Of a stretch of 64,000 nucleotides of DNA, positions 1-14,600 are shown in pieces (positions within the stretch are counted from its first letter, which is position 1; each line of letters begins with the position of its first letter). Below the pieces are notes generated by a model. It saw only the letters and a program-made list of their open reading frames with translations. It had not been told where the DNA came from and searched no databases. The DNA is from Amoebophrya sp. A120. Taxonomy: Eukaryota > Protista > Dinoflagellata. The stretch lies in NCBI GenBank assembly GCA_905178155.1, contig CAJINV010000017.1:1596269-1660268 (forward strand), written 5' to 3'. A program made the position numbers and the translations under genes.

Positions 1-85
1 AGTAGTGCCAGCCTTCAGTAGAGGCATTAGTTACCGCTGCAGCTGCAACAAGTGACTACTCCTGGTCCGTCGGACGAAGCCCCCC

Positions 86-2397
86 TTGTTGCTGTCTTCC
101 GGCTCCGTTCCGTCACTACACGATCCGACAGCGTCACCAAAAGTTGCGCACCAGAACAACGCGCTGCAGCTTCGTCTTCCACTACACAAGAACTACAAGT
201 GCGACATTGTTTATAACATCGATCACAAGCAGCCTCCTCCAACAAGGACCGCAGCTGGAAGAACAACTAGGAAAATGCCGGAGCGGAAGATGCGTACATC
301 GGCCGCGCACCGCGGCTCCCGGTGCAACGGATTCCGAACGTTACAAGGTTTGGAGGACGGTCTCTACCTGGCGTACGACCTGCAAAAGAGGTTTGAAGCG
401 AACAAGGAGAGGGCAGTGTCAAGTAGACAAGGGCCGAGACAGATGTTCACCAACCGACCGCCGATTACGAGGCAGTGCAGCGTCGTCCCGAAGTCCAACG
501 TGCCAAACGCTTTGCAGAACGGAAAATTCTCCTTCTGGCGAGATCTGCGGGGACCGTTTAAAATTACGGGGGTATAGAGAATAAAATGATTGTCATGTTG
601 CGTAGTAAAACTTTCTCATTTCATATTCATTTTGGATGGATGCTGCTTGTGATGAATCATCCATAGATGCGGGCATACAACTTCTACGACTTCGACTAAC
701 AATCTAGAAGTGACATCATCTTCATCATCATGAAAAATAACAAAACTGAAACTCAGCTCGCGATTCTGGACGACCAGAGTCCAGATTTCCAGGCGCTTTG
801 CGAGGAGTCTGACAGCCTGCGAAACGTCCCACTAGCGGAATTGAACGAGGTCTATAAAATCGAGTGGGAAGCGTACTTGAGTTACGATGTGGAAAGGAAT
901 TTCACGGACATTGAAGACAGGAGAATCTGGGGCATTGCGGTGGTGAAAGTACCACTGAACTACAAAAAGGGCGCGCTGAAGGTAAAAATTCTAATTCAGT
1001 GATTGAAAGAACCTACGAAAGTTTGTCTCACATTTTATTTCCAGCATTTATGCTATCTTCTGCCTTTGTTCTCGTTATATATGCATTTTGAGGAGAATCA
1101 TGCACCCACGTGCACGTCTACTTCGCGCATGAGTCATGACCAACAAGTTGAAGTGACAGCACACTCCCACAGGTCTATAGTTGGGGAAAGCCATCCTGCT
1201 TTGACAAAAAACTGGAATTTCTTTTCAAGCCCGAGAGCAAGAAGCCTTTCGGGCCGACCAAGGGAAAACTGCCACCAGGTAAGTGGTTCTCCTGCTGGAA
1301 AAGACTACACTATTTCTGTGAAAGATGCAGGTGAGTGAATGCAGCTAGATGTTTACGCCCGGCTTAGGCTTTCTCGTCGTTTTGCTAACTATGCTATTGC
1401 AACACTTTATAACTACACAGATCAATCGAGTCTGAATCGCTCGCAGCGACTAAACTCTCCGACTAGCCGCGCGTCAGCCAGTGATCTCGCCTCCACGGTA
1501 GCGTCTTGGGGAATTTCTCCAAGTGACTCAACCTCGTTTGACGGTTACAGCACAGGGTCGACACACTGGCCGACGGTGCCGTTTGGTATACTTGCTTTTC
1601 TACGAGTACAACTCCTAACGCACCATGGTGAAACTACAACAAGACGAGATGAACTCTGTCGTGCTACAGATCAGCATCTTTCTTTATCGTTTCAGATGGG
1701 TGCGACTAGTGCTACTTAGTGATCATTTGTCACGCGAACCCATTACCATTCCAGGTCGCCGCAGCCCCGCGGTCGCGTCAGACACGACGAGAAAAAGTCC
1801 GTTTGGCTCCCCCCTCGATTCCACCGGATCGCAAACCGGGTTGCTACCAAGGAGCTGCTCCTCCTCTCCGAGGACAAGGAGGACGCACAGCGCCGACTCA
1901 ACGTCTGTGGACGTGGTGGATAGGAGACGGAAGCTGAACCGAACTGGGGTGGATTTGATGACTGGATGGCGGAAATACGACCCGGCAAAGTCGTACTGAC
2001 TGTTAACGGCTTTATTGCTTTGCGATGCGCGATCCTTTTGCTTCTTGCGTGACCAAATTATATTTGACTACAGCTTGTTGGTTCGACCACTTTGCTTTCA
2101 ACTTCGTGATGTGTGAAAGAACAAAATCAAAATCACCTCCACAGCAACAGCAACAGCTTCTACGGGTCGCGTGAGCTCTCCCACCGAATCATTAGTGACA
2201 ACCTCTTCGCGAGCACCGGTCACGAGCTTGGGTTTTTCCAAAGCACGAGGGTTTATGACACGCAGAAAAAGATCTGGAAGCCGGCGAAGAAACAGCAGAA
2301 GTGCCGGTATCTGGACCCAGATTTCCACGACAGCTGCATGCACGCAAGCAAAATCATGTCAGTGGACAGGTTACCATTTCTAAGTGTCATCCTGTAA
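86..2397 (+). CDS. Multi-exon hypothetical protein (boundaries uncertain)
   Basis: A GT-AG intron at 572-756 joins ORF 86-577 in phase to ORF 730-1002 (..KITG|LAILDDQ..). Further donor/acceptor-like sites and coding-like ORFs continue to ~2400. No domain recognised. Confidence 0.35.
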
Positions 2398-3493
2398 GAT
2401 TGTACTGTCGTCGAGGGCCAGGACGAGATCGTCCCGCCACGAAGACATAAGCAGGAAGCAGTAGCAACACAATCGCGATACTTCAACTTCTTCAAATAAT
2501 GAATCAGCAGCTGAAATTTACGAACAAGCTTCATCTTCACAAAGACGTAAAGCGGACGGTGGACTACAGGACGACGCGTTTCGTTCCACCTTCGTGTGCG
2601 GGCTTCTACTACGCGTCGCAGACGTGAGATAGAGTTTACCTTGTTTACCAGAAATTATCACAATCAAATTATGCAACGAACCCTGAATCCATCCTTCTCC
2701 TTCTGTCATCTGTAAAATTATGTATTGTCATTGAATCAGAATGAATGTGCAAAAATAGATCCTGTCTACGAGGAGGTGGGGATAGCGTTTTTCAAATTTG
2801 GAGGCGCCGTCAACATCGGCCTCGTGTGACGAGGCAGACGTATCTACACGTAGAATCTTATTGTGACCACCACTACCACCCAAGAAAATGACAGACCACA
2901 ACGACACAAATGTATCGAGATTTTTGCTGCGTTTTCAAGTGCACTAGAACAGAAAGTCAGAACAGAAAGAATCACAGCCGAAAAAAACTATTGACGACGG
3001 CAAATCGATGTCGACGTTGTCGAGGTCTGATTGCTGCCCATGCAGCGTCTCTTGCAGTGCAAGAACTACATGCCTAGTTGTTTCGCGCACTTGTCGTTGT
3101 CAAGAGCATCTGTGTCCCCTAGTCTAGAAATTCAAATTGCTGTGCGTGCCTCGTCTGAGAGAGTGGCAAAAGGAAATAATGTCTGACATTGCACTCTGTA
3201 CCCTGAAACAATTAAACCAACGCGTCTGCATCCATGGAGCGAGACTGAAAATGGTGAAGAGGGAGGGTACAAATATGCGCAGTATCAGGCTGCTCCTGCG
3301 TCTTTTAGATTTCTTCGTGTAGAAAATCACGCTTTGCACAAACTAGCGCCAGAGTTTTTGTTTTCGCGTGTGAACAAAAATTGCACTTTCAGACCGTCGT
3401 GCTGGGTGTGTCTTGTTATCTCGTACTTCTTGTCCCCAACGAACTGCTTCGTCGTGAAGGAAGTACTCTTTTATCTTCACCCCCCACTACAGT

Positions 3494-4500
3494 ATGAGTG
3501 CCCGCCACGGTGGCGGCTCAAGCGGGGGTGGCAGTGACGACGACGAGTACAACGATCGCCGAGGACCCGGCGCAGGCGCTGTTCCGCCCGCTGGAGCATC
3601 ATCAATGGCAGACCGGTCGTCCCACCAGCAGCCCGGCGACCGGGAGAGGTCGGAGGACGACGGAAACGGGAGCAACATCGAAATGGAAGTGATAGACGAC
3701 GATGCTCCTGAAATTGAGCAGGAACACGAGGACATCGCTGCCGGCGACGACGCGGGCGGGGATCATGATGCAGAAGATGGGTTAGCGGACGATGCTGACG
3801 ACGACCTAGATATCGAAGGTGAAGATGAATCGGGCGAGGAGGAAGAGGAGGCAAGCGCGTCTGTGTCTGAGGGAGCGGATGACGACGCGGGAATGGACGA
3901 TGAAGATGACGACGGCGACTATATGCCACGAAAGAACTACTGCTCTCAGCAGGATCATCCACGTCTACGATTGACGCTCTTGCTCTTTGTGCTTGTGAAA
4001 ATTTTTGTGTAGTACATCTTACAGGTGGTCTCTGCAATTGCATCTGATCTCTTCATCTCCACGCCCACATCATCAAATGGAAGGATTTACAATCACTAGT
4101 GCAGTGTGTTGATTCCGGTCTCGTTTAGTTGGTAGGAATTATGGTGGTATAATATGAAGATCCTCACTTTTTAACAAAGAGAATCAAAAGGCCATACGTA
4201 GATATGAGTTTTCTCTGCGGGTTTTTTCGTGGATAGCGCCCGATGAATCGGAAGAGGAAGAGTCGTCGGCGGAAGAAAGCGACGAGGAGGACGAGGAAAA
4301 TGAAAATGACCAGCAAGACCCCGAACGCAGTGAGAACTCCGACCCGTCGCCCGTCCGGCACCGGGGCAAGAACGCTCCGGAAATCACCCGACAAGGCGGT
4401 GGTGCGGACTTGGTACCGCCGCGGGCGCCGGGAATGAGCGGAGGTGTCGGTGGTGCTGGAGAGAAGCAGAAACTACCGCCATCGTCGAAGGACCGCAGTA
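3494..4500 (+). CDS. Acidic low-complexity protein exons (possibly the 5' part of the 5237-7580 gene)
   Basis: ATG at 3494, D/E-rich ORF to ~3960, and a second D/E-rich exon-like stretch from ~4237 after an AG. Connectivity unresolved. Confidence 0.4.
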
Positions 4501-5236
4501 CTACTTGTTGATTGTGACAACTCTTGGTTGTTGTTTGTAATTGTAGCGCATGGCGCAAGTACAGAATCTAGTATGTATCGTGATGCTACTCGGAATACAA
4601 GTGCTAGCGGCACCAGCTCTCTTTGACTCTCACTCGGTTTTCTTATGTGGAGAAGCTGCGCCTCGGTTCCGCTACTGAATCAATGTGAGAACACGTTTTA
4701 AAGCCCCCGGTTATTTGTCGAGTGTAGAGCGATCCTCCTGGCGGAAATTATGTTTGCTTCCGCTTATACGTGGAACACATCTTGGCAATTATGTTCCCTC
4801 TGTCTTCTACAAAGCCACAACAGCTCCTTCGAACCTCATAGCATTTTGAGTTTCTACCTGTTGTATGCGTTCCTCTCCACCTTAGAAGTCCCTGCAGCTG
4901 CAACTGCAACTCGTTTACTCTTTACACAAAGAGCTCCAGCGGTTCGCAGCATAATTAGTAGAAGTCAAGTTTTTCTGTACACGCTCTCACTCACATCACC
5001 GGTCACAATACTCTGACTGCGACTGGAATAGGACCACGTACCTGTGATGTTTTCATGGTACGCTTGGGGGACAACAAAGCATGTTTTGCAATTAATATGC
5101 TGCTCGAGACCCAGCTTAGACAAAGACGCACATAATCCTACATTCCAACATGTAAGGTGCGCCACACAACTCCTCGTCCCAACTCCAAGTTCCAGCACAT
5201 CAGCCGGTTAAGAACCAGCTGCACATCGCACCAGCA

Positions 5237-7580
5237 GTGGTCCCGCAGCAGAAAAAGATCGAGCCCCAAGGTGGCCTCGGTCTCTCTTCGGTAAGTTCCT
5301 CCCGTGCTGTTTCTCCGGCCACACTGCAGCAAGGAGCAAAGATGATCGTGCCGCCGAAGCTGGCTTTGCCCAAACCGCCGACGAGAGAGGAGTCGTCATC
5401 CTCCAGCTCGGCGAGGAGCGCCGTCGCGGCCGTGTTACGACCTGGTAACACTGCACTATCAAGTGGTGCGAATTATGCCCAAGACGGGGTGAGGATCGGC
5501 AGCCCGACGGACTTTTCCGCTGGCAGCACTGCTGCGTTTGGTGCTGCGGCATCCTCCTCCTCTACCTCCACCGCATCGAATATTTTCGGCAGACTGTGGG
5601 GCTGGGTGAAGAGCACGGCGGGTTCGGTGTTTAAGAGAAGCAAGGAGGAACGGGATGCGGTCGCGGTAGAGGAGGAGCTGGCACGGGAAAGGGAAGAGAG
5701 GCAGAGAAGAGGAAGCACAACAGGAGCTGCGAACGAGACATCTGCACGTGTGCCCGCCGTTCCACCCAACTCGAAGGTGACGAACGTACCAGCGGACAAA
5801 CTGGATGTTAGAGACGAAGGTGACGATGTGGTGATGGAAGATGCTGGGGTGATACGACTGGAACAGGTAGAAGCTGATGTCGCTGGAAACGAAAAGCAAG
5901 CCGAGCAGGTTGATGAAGAGGGGAAGGAAAAAAGCAGTCCGTCTGCAAAGAAGCGACGTATAATATCATAATTTTCGTAAATTAGCATTTTCATCGCTTT
6001 TTTTGGCTCTGCAAAGGTTGTAGCAAATAACTGTTTTCTTGCAGCATCCAGGTTGATGTAGTTAGGAGTAAAACTAAAATCATGCTCAGAAGAAAATAAT
6101 CTCGATCTCCCTATCACAGGTATCAGCAAGGAAGACAATGCCATCGCTTCAGCTGCCGCCATCCAGCAGGGCGATAAGGTCGTGCCAAGGAGAAAGTCCG
6201 GCGCCTCCCCTCCCATGAAAAGCAAGTCGCCAACGAGTAAAAAATCAAAAGATTCTTCCCATTCGATGAAATCGAAGTCACCGGCTGGCGGGAAGAAAAC
6301 CTCTACAGGATCCGTGGAGCACGATCAGCAACCTCCTGTGAAAGCTCCGTCCCTAGTATCGAAGAGCCATCTAGTCGTGCCTTCTGCTCCGCCAGCGGAA
6401 CAGAACCTCCGAGCAAGCAGCGGATCATCGTCGCCAAAACTGGCCGCGAATATGACCGGATCCAAACGCCCACCATCGAATCCGTATCTGACAAAGCCGG
6501 ACGAAACCATCGAGAAGTTGCAGAAGGCAACCGGAACGCCGAGAACCCCGCATCGATGCTCCGTTCCCCCGAATCCGTTTAAAAATCGGCTACTGCATCA
6601 CAGCGCTTCGCCGTCGAAGCACCAACGAAAAATTGAGGCGAAAAAGTATAAATGAGTTTTGTCGGGAGAACAAGATGTGCATATCATGAGATGACATTAT
6701 CTGGTGCAAGAGGATCACTGCTCTTTTTTCAATTTCGATTTCATTCTATCTTGAAAGATCGCGAAACCATTATCAGGTACTTCTCCCCCTCCGCCAGTCA
6801 AGGCGCGCAGCCCCGCAGGCGCGTGAGTTTGAGCGACGGCCCAAATTCTGGCGGAGCCAGCCCGAAGAGAACTGTGACAATCCGGTTGTGCAAGAGGGCG
6901 GATAGGATGGTAAGGAAATAGTAGTAGACAAACGTTCATCGCACGATGATGTTTCATGATTCGCATCCTGACTGCTAGCTCAACATCGTTTTCATCGTTC
7001 GGCGATGGTTCCAGTAGTTGTTGAGGACCGTCACCGTTGTTCTGTGGACCATGATTAGAATAAAAAAATGTTGTCGCAGCTGCACTTGTCCTCCACAAAT
7101 TCACAGGTTACAGATCCGACCGACGGGGGAAACAAGTCCTCCTCGTCCAGCGGCGTCGCTTTCTCCTTCAACGAAAACAACGAAAAGGTCCAGATTGACA
7201 AACCCGCCAAGACCATAGCAACCGGAGCTTCTGCGTCACCCAAAATAAATCCGGCTTCATCCTCCACCACAACCGTGCTTCTCGGCACAAGAACCTTCCG
7301 CAAAGACGAGCGGATTTTTCACCTCTACGACTGGGCGCGCCAATTCACGGAGGACGACGATTTTGATCTGCGAACCGCCACGAAGGACCACGAGGAGGAC
7401 GAAAGTCTGAACCAAAAGGTGTTGATCGATGACATCGACTCGGTGACCTTGGCGGGCGTCGGTTTGGACGGAGAAAAAAGCTACGATTTGAAGGTGGTCA
7501 CGTTGGCAGAGATCGAAGCGGAGGGAGGGACTACTGCGGGGGCCGAAAACGCGGAACCGTGGAGCAAGGTGTGGATTTGA
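5237..7580 (+). CDS. Multi-exon hypothetical low-complexity protein (5' end uncertain)
   Basis: GT-AG introns at about 5958-6119, 6647-6776 and 6910-7106 join ORFs 5237, 6182, 6652 (3' part) and 7068 in frame. Stop at 7580. Confidence 0.55.
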
Positions 7581-8670
7581 TGAAGGGGACGGAGTGCTAC
7601 TGGGCCTGACCTGCTTGTACTAGCCGAGGAGAAGATGAACAACAGCAGGCTTTACGCAGCTTCAGTGTCGTGTATGTGTATGAAAGTTAAGATTGAGATT
7701 CAGATTTTGCGCAAAAATAGTCAACGCTTGCTGTTTATTCTCACGAAGTTCTACAATAACAGGGTCGACCGACAAGAGATTGTTTCTTCTTCAAAGATTT
7801 TTTTTGCATACTCGTCAAATAAAACGATAAATTGCCTAATGCAACGCTACCCTTGAGTGAACCCATCTACCATTGGTGGACACACACGCAAATACGAACA
7901 AACCTCCACTCGTCCGCCAGCAGGTTTGTAACTGTCATTTACATTTTGCTGTCGATTCGACCTGCGAGTTTTTTCTCGTGGTGTCCGTACCAGCATCAAT
8001 CATTGTACCCATTACAAGGACTACAAACTACGCACGCGCAGACTTTTTACGATTACTTTTTTGCATGATGACGTTGACGCGATCAAGATTACCGGAGGTG
8101 CTGCCGCGGTCAGCAAAGCAAACGCAGCCTGCGTCTCAGATCTTGCTATTGAATGTTCGTAGTTCAACGGAATCACAGGTATACAAAGCAGATGAAAAAA
8201 TTTACCAACCCATTCGTTTTTTTTTTTTTCGCGAACTATTTGAGGGAAACAGCAGCAGCTAGCAGCTAGTACAGCGGAAGCCATCGGCATGAAGTCGCCT
8301 CTTGTTTCTAATTCTATGCTATCGATCAATCGTTTTGCTTTTCGTTGGCATGCTTAGATCCGCTTGTTCCTTGTTCCGCTTGGCCACGTGATGCTTTTTT
8401 CCTTCCTTTCGTTTTCATTGACACCAGTGCCACGATGATGATTTGAACGATGAATAGTATCAAGCATTGGTATTGTCGTCATTGCTTATGCTTTAAGTTT
8501 GAGCAACATCAAACTAGCAATGGTAGTGGTGAAGTGTCCACTATCACAAGAATGCGCTTCATCCGCAGACTGAAACTTGTTCGTATGATGTATACGTACA
8601 AATAAGGCGCTGCTTCTTCATATGAAATTTCAATGCATTTGTTCACTTTCTTTTTGACTTATACGACAAA

Positions 8671-11600
8671 ATGCCATCTTCGTCCAGAACATTGCTAGCC
8701 GGTGTGGTGTTCCTGCAACTCCTGACAATTTTCGCAGCGGAGCAAACTGGTACTACGATGATCGCGAAGATGTTTATCCTCGGTACCCTTATCCCGCTTC
8801 AGCAAATTCGCATTGTCGCCCTCGGTTCGAGAGCCCCAGGACATCATGGTAATGGAAATCATCATCTTTTCGGTGCTGGCGTTCACCAGCCGCCCTTCCC
8901 TCAACCGGCAGGCGCGTCGTCTTCCCTTTCAGCGGCCGCGCCCAGCTCGTCCACGGGTGCCGTCTCCCAGCCCCCAGCGTCGCTGTATTTGGACGAGAGG
9001 ACAAACAGCCAAGCGCGGCGGCTTTCCTCTTCCGGGCACAGAGCTGGAGCTCCTACCGCGAGCAATCCCGTACCGTCGTGGCCGAGCTTCATTGTGCCGG
9101 TCCTGCACGGCTCTAGTAGTGCATCAGCGCCTACTGGCTCCTACAGTTCTTCTACCGGCGCACCGCCGCCCAGAACGGCGAGTAGGACCCAGTACAGCCC
9201 GGCAGGAGTGCCGCATAGCTCCTCACTACCGTCCTCCGCCGTTGCTGCGCCGCCTGCAGGTGCAAGTCCAAGAACAGCTGGCGCACACCTCGTTCACAGT
9301 GGCCCGCTCCCCGCTCACCGAGTTCGAGCGGCATCGGCGTCGTCGCCGAAAGCGGCTGCTGGTGGCGCATCTTCATCGTCTGGCCTGCGACGCACGAGCG
9401 GGGCCAGTCACCAGGTCGCGACTACTATCTCCAACGGCGGGCCGCCGGATTTGCGAACCCATCTGGATCCGCCTGGTGCAGGAGAAACGCGCCCATCGGG
9501 AAGGAGTTCCACTGTGTCGCGGGATGTCAGCAGCTCCGCTTCTTCCAACAGTACGGCGGGGTCGAGGAATTCCGCTAGCAGTAGCTCTTCCGCATCGAGC
9601 AGTGTGACGATGAATCAGGGGAGTCTGCCAGGTCGTAATGATGTTCCACCGACGGCTGAAATTGATCTCGGAGCACCGCGAGTGGTCAGGAATCATGACC
9701 TCGGGTTTGTAGACTCAGCAGCCGTCATCGACGAACGATCGACCGGCAATCGGCAAGCCGCAACTGGCGCTCGCGCAAGAACAGTAGAGCGTGAGGGGAC
9801 CACGATGATTCAGCCCAACACCGCGCGGGGCAGCTCTTCGTCGAACAGATGGAGCAGAGCGAGTGACGCGGTTTCCCATCGGGACAGCAGGGGAACGGGT
9901 AGTACTTTTACTTCTAACGCAGGAGCAGGTTCCTTGCATTTCTCCCCCTCGTCCCGTCTCATCGCGACGACCTCCACGGCAAACATACCCAACCCGCGAA
10001 ATGGCGACTATTCGCCCACGGTGTCGAGGCGTGCGTCGCTCGGAAGTGGTGGTGCTAGCCAGCAGACACAGGGTGGTTACGTTTTGCCCGCGACCAGCCC
10101 TGTTCTGACGACCAGCACAGCTAGCAACACAACTGCTTTTGCTAGTTCGGCCGCGATTCCGCCGACGTCTAACAGCCCAGTCTCGGCCCGAGTTGGTGCA
10201 GCAGCTGGACTAAGTCTGCAAACACACTCAGCTAGCATCCCGCAGCGGCGAGAGCAACAGCAGCAGCACGGCACGCCTGGCACGATTCGGCATGGTACGT
10301 TCCAGAGCCCGCGAAGTCTGGCGGGGGCATCAAGCTCGACCAATCTGTCCACTGCGGACCACACCCGGTTGCGTGCATCGGAGCGGACCGTGGAAGAGCA
10401 GCGCTCGCTGATTTCACAACTGGCCAACGATTTGCAGCACGCGAAGACGAGGCTGCGGTCGCGAGACAGGATGCTACATTCCGCGAAGGAGAAGGAGCAC
10501 CAGTTGTTCATCGTATTTCTATGTTTGCATGACAGATTTGAGTAATTGTCGCACATGCTACACGTACAAAATACATCACAGACTGAGATTTTGGCAGCTA
10601 CCTACAACTAGCTGCAAACATCATGATATTGATGAACAAGTTCATTGCAGTGTTGTTGCCCATGAAGCACGAATGTGAATGACACACCATTATCAGGAAA
10701 AAAGCTCCCTTCTGGAGCAGGTTGCTGGTTTGCAGGAGCTATCCTGTGCAAAAGTATCGTACTCGTATTGTAATCATGCATTACAAATCCTGTTGGTTCT
10801 TAAGGCAAATTAGCATTACAAATTTTCTTCCTCATGCTGAGGAAATTTGTATATGCATTTATACGAGTGCGATACTTTTGCAATTCATAGGAGCAGTGTG
10901 GGTTCCTTCAGACCGAGATGGACGCTCAGCGCTACTGCTACTCGTCGGAGCTGTATCGCAAGAAAAAAGTGTTACAGTTACACATTGTGTTGCAGGCCAA
11001 GCAAGACAGATAAGCTTTGTCATGCCGGATATGCATAGGAGCCTCGTTTCATAGGTGCTTTCCCGTAGGGTTTCTGCGATACAAGTTTTCTCTCTCATGC
11101 AGAGAAATTTGTTTTGCTGAATTCACTACAAATGTGTAACTGTAACACTTTTTTCTCACGATATGCTGGGGCGCCAGTGCCGCGAGTGGATCGAGTCCTT
11201 CCGGTTGTTGCGGGACGAGCTCACCCAGAAGGTGCAGGATTCTTGTGCCGCTGGGAGTTGCCGGGCGGACTCCATCAGCGAAGACCTGGTGCGGAAAATG
11301 ATGGAGGAGTGTGCGGCGGTCCGCAGTCTGGTCGAGAGGGCATTGGAAGAAGAAGAGATGGAGAGGCACATCGAGGACGAATTGCACGGACGTAGTCTAG
11401 ACAGCACCTCCATTTCCCAGCCGCAAACGCAACATGACTCCGACGAAGCTGGAGCAACGACGAGTCCGGAGGACGTAAACCCCACGACGACCTCTCGACG
11501 CACCCCCTCTGCTGGATCTGACGCCAGTGTGAAGAGCGCAGGTGAGGTGAAAAGGAAACTCTTCGGGCGACACCGGGCGAACACGGATTTGTCCGTGACC

Positions 11601-14600
11601 TCTACTATCGCACCGAATGTCGATGAGGAGGAGGAAATGGAGTGGAATGGAGGCGGGTCTTCCGCGACAACTTCGGGCAGTGTTGTCGATAGGTTTTTCC
11701 CCACACCGAGCCCCATGGACGTCGATGACGAGGGGGAAGATGCGACGGTGTATTACCACTCACAGGCGTCTCAAACAGAAAATAGCCGAGTGGAAGACCA
11801 AGCTTGCCCAGCTGGAGGTGCTGGGGGAACTACTACTGCAGCCGACGACAAGATGACCTGTTCTACCTCTAGCAGGTCAGTATCGAAGGAGAGCAAGCGG
11901 AACACAGTTACGAGCGAGGAGCAAGAAAAGAAAAACGGCGAGAGTGACAGGCTGATCTGCCACGAGATCGTGAAGCTACTGACCACTGCAAGCGAGGATT
12001 GGCAGGACCCAATCACGCTAGACGTCATGGACGACCCTTGTCTCGCTTCGGATGGTCACGTGTATGAAAAGTCCAGCATTGAGCGGTGGATGACGCAGTC
12101 GCGAACGAGTCCGAAAACCCGCGAACCTTTAACAGCCATGCCCCCAGTGGTGCCTGTCAGACTGTTGAAAAACACGATCACAAATTGGAAGGAACAGCAC
12201 TCGAAAGCGTTTGAGCTTGCACTGCTGCACAACCAACCGGAGATCTGCGAACATTTGATGGCCAGCGGTTTTGATGCGGACAAGTTCTTCCTGCAGAATG
12301 CAGCGAACGGGAATTTGGAGGTATGCAGTGCTCGTGTCCTCTTGATTTATCGTGCTCTGTAATTCGGCGCGACACGCACCGGGCACGTACAAGTGCACAA
12401 ACTCGCCGTAAAATGATCACGCAAACTGAAGCACTTGAATACAGCCACTCCCACCTTTAACCGTGTATTTTCGCCACCATAGCACGTACTTTCATCTCGT
12501 TGCTGTCCTCTTTGTTTTGCTCCGTCACCACCAACCCTATCCACAACAAATTGATGAATTTTCACGACCTACAACCACAGGTGATCAAGGCTCTTGTGTC
12601 CCCCACCGACGCCCGAACTCCATATGTCAGCCACGTGGCTGATTTGGTGGACGACATGCTATTACCAACACCGCCCCTCGGTGTCGTTTCTCGTGGCGGG
12701 ACGACGATGGCGACGCTCTTTTGCCAGTTTGACACCTTCAACCGGGACAGGCATATCCACCGCAAAAGTACTATCGCACTCGCAATCGCTATCAGTTGCA
12801 GTGATGCGCATGCGTGAAAACAAATGTAGTTCCTCATCTGAGCAGTCACCGTTGCAGATTCAGTTTTTCCTCTTGAAAGAATCTTGAATGCACATCACAT
12901 TTCTACGTACTAGTTGTAGGTGTAAGTAAGGTACTCTTGCAATGCATACGGGACAGCGAAAAGCAAATGTGGCCAAGCTTCACTGCAGTGCACGCAGCGG
13001 CATACCGCAACCACGCGGACATCGTCGAATTTTTGTTGCAGCAGCCAGGTAACAAGGGACAGTGGGTTCTTCTTGAGCACTAGCCTCCGCTTCGCATTCT
13101 TGAAGAACAAGTGTCGTGTTGAAGATGATCATGATTAACATTCCATTTTTGTTCGCTAGACTTCACATGGTAGGACAAAGTCTAATCTGCGGCTGCCATG
13201 CAAGAAATTTTACTTCTCCTCTACAGGCGTCGACGTTTGGGCGACTGACGGTTGTGGGAACACACCGCTGCACTACGCGGCGTACCATGGGAATACCAAG
13301 ATGACCGAGGTGATTCTCGCGAAAGCTGGCTTTTTAGACATTGTGATGGCCAGAAACGGAGGACAGAAGGCCGCTGGAATGTCTTCCCCGTCAACATACA
13401 AGACAAACTTGCAAATCGATGCGGGGCAACATCAGAACCCACTTCTCGATGCTGGAACAAGCTGCTCATTGATGCCGTTGGAAAATTTACCCGGCGTCAC
13501 TGCCCCTCCAACAGCGGCATACGTCGGCGCAAGTTCTTCGGAACCACCTGCAGTGGTCTCAACAAGAGCTTCGACCACGAGCGGCGTTCGTGGGAGCATT
13601 TCGTCCACGACAGATCTGGTGAACGATTTTCTGGACCAGAACCGCCAGCGCTATTTGAATTTCACGGGCAGCATTCGCGAACTCCGAGAGCTGCACCAGC
13701 AACTGACGGAAAGGCTGGAGTACCACGGGCGCTCTGCGCGACCGAGACGTCGACCGGCTCCTGCATCTTCAACAGCAGAGCCAGAGCCACCCCGGGAAGA
13801 GCGCACAGCTTCGTCCGTCGGCGCTTCAAGGGTCGACGCAACTCCCGCGCGACCGTCCGCGGCGAATCGAAGTACTCCGAACGGGCGAGAAAGCGTCGAC
13901 GAGCGCAGACGACGGCGGAGTGTTACTCCTCTCAGCCGGCGCGCGGGCGCATCGCAGGTTGGAGGTGCTGCATCGACGTCACCGGTGGCTGGTGGGGGCA
14001 CAGCTGCACCACCTACACCTCTTTCATCGTCAGCCGGGCCAATGTCCTCTGCGTCTTCAGGGTCTGCATCTGCTCGCGGCAGCCGCGTTTTGAGTGCTGC
14101 AAGCACTCCTGCGGGGACAGCTTCAGGAGCCACTGGTCAGCTGCAAACTAGCGCGGGAGGGGGAGCGGGCAGTCTGAGTGGCAGTTTCTCTGCACGAGGC
14201 ACGGCTGCGGAGTCGTCTAGTGCCGCTGGTGGTGCGCACAGTCTCAGCCCGCCGCTGCCAACCCGGGGTGGCGTGGCTTCGTCGGCGGGTGCGCTAGTTT
14301 CACCTGGGACAAGTGGGGCCAGCGTTTCGCGGACCCGCCCGGGAACCACGACCTCATCATCCTCTTCCGCCACCTACCGAGGAGCGTTGTCGAGCCAGTC
14401 CACCGCCAGCATCACGCCTAGAAGGGGGAACAATGGCAACACGGGCGGAATAAATGGCGCAGCTTCTTCTTCTCTCCACACCAGACCGAGTACGCTTGCG
14501 TCGCTGCGGGCCCGGGCGAACACAAGTCCCGGCACCGGGGCAGCTGGAGGTGCCAACAACAGCACGAACAATGCCGGGGCTCCTGCTCAGACTTCATCTT

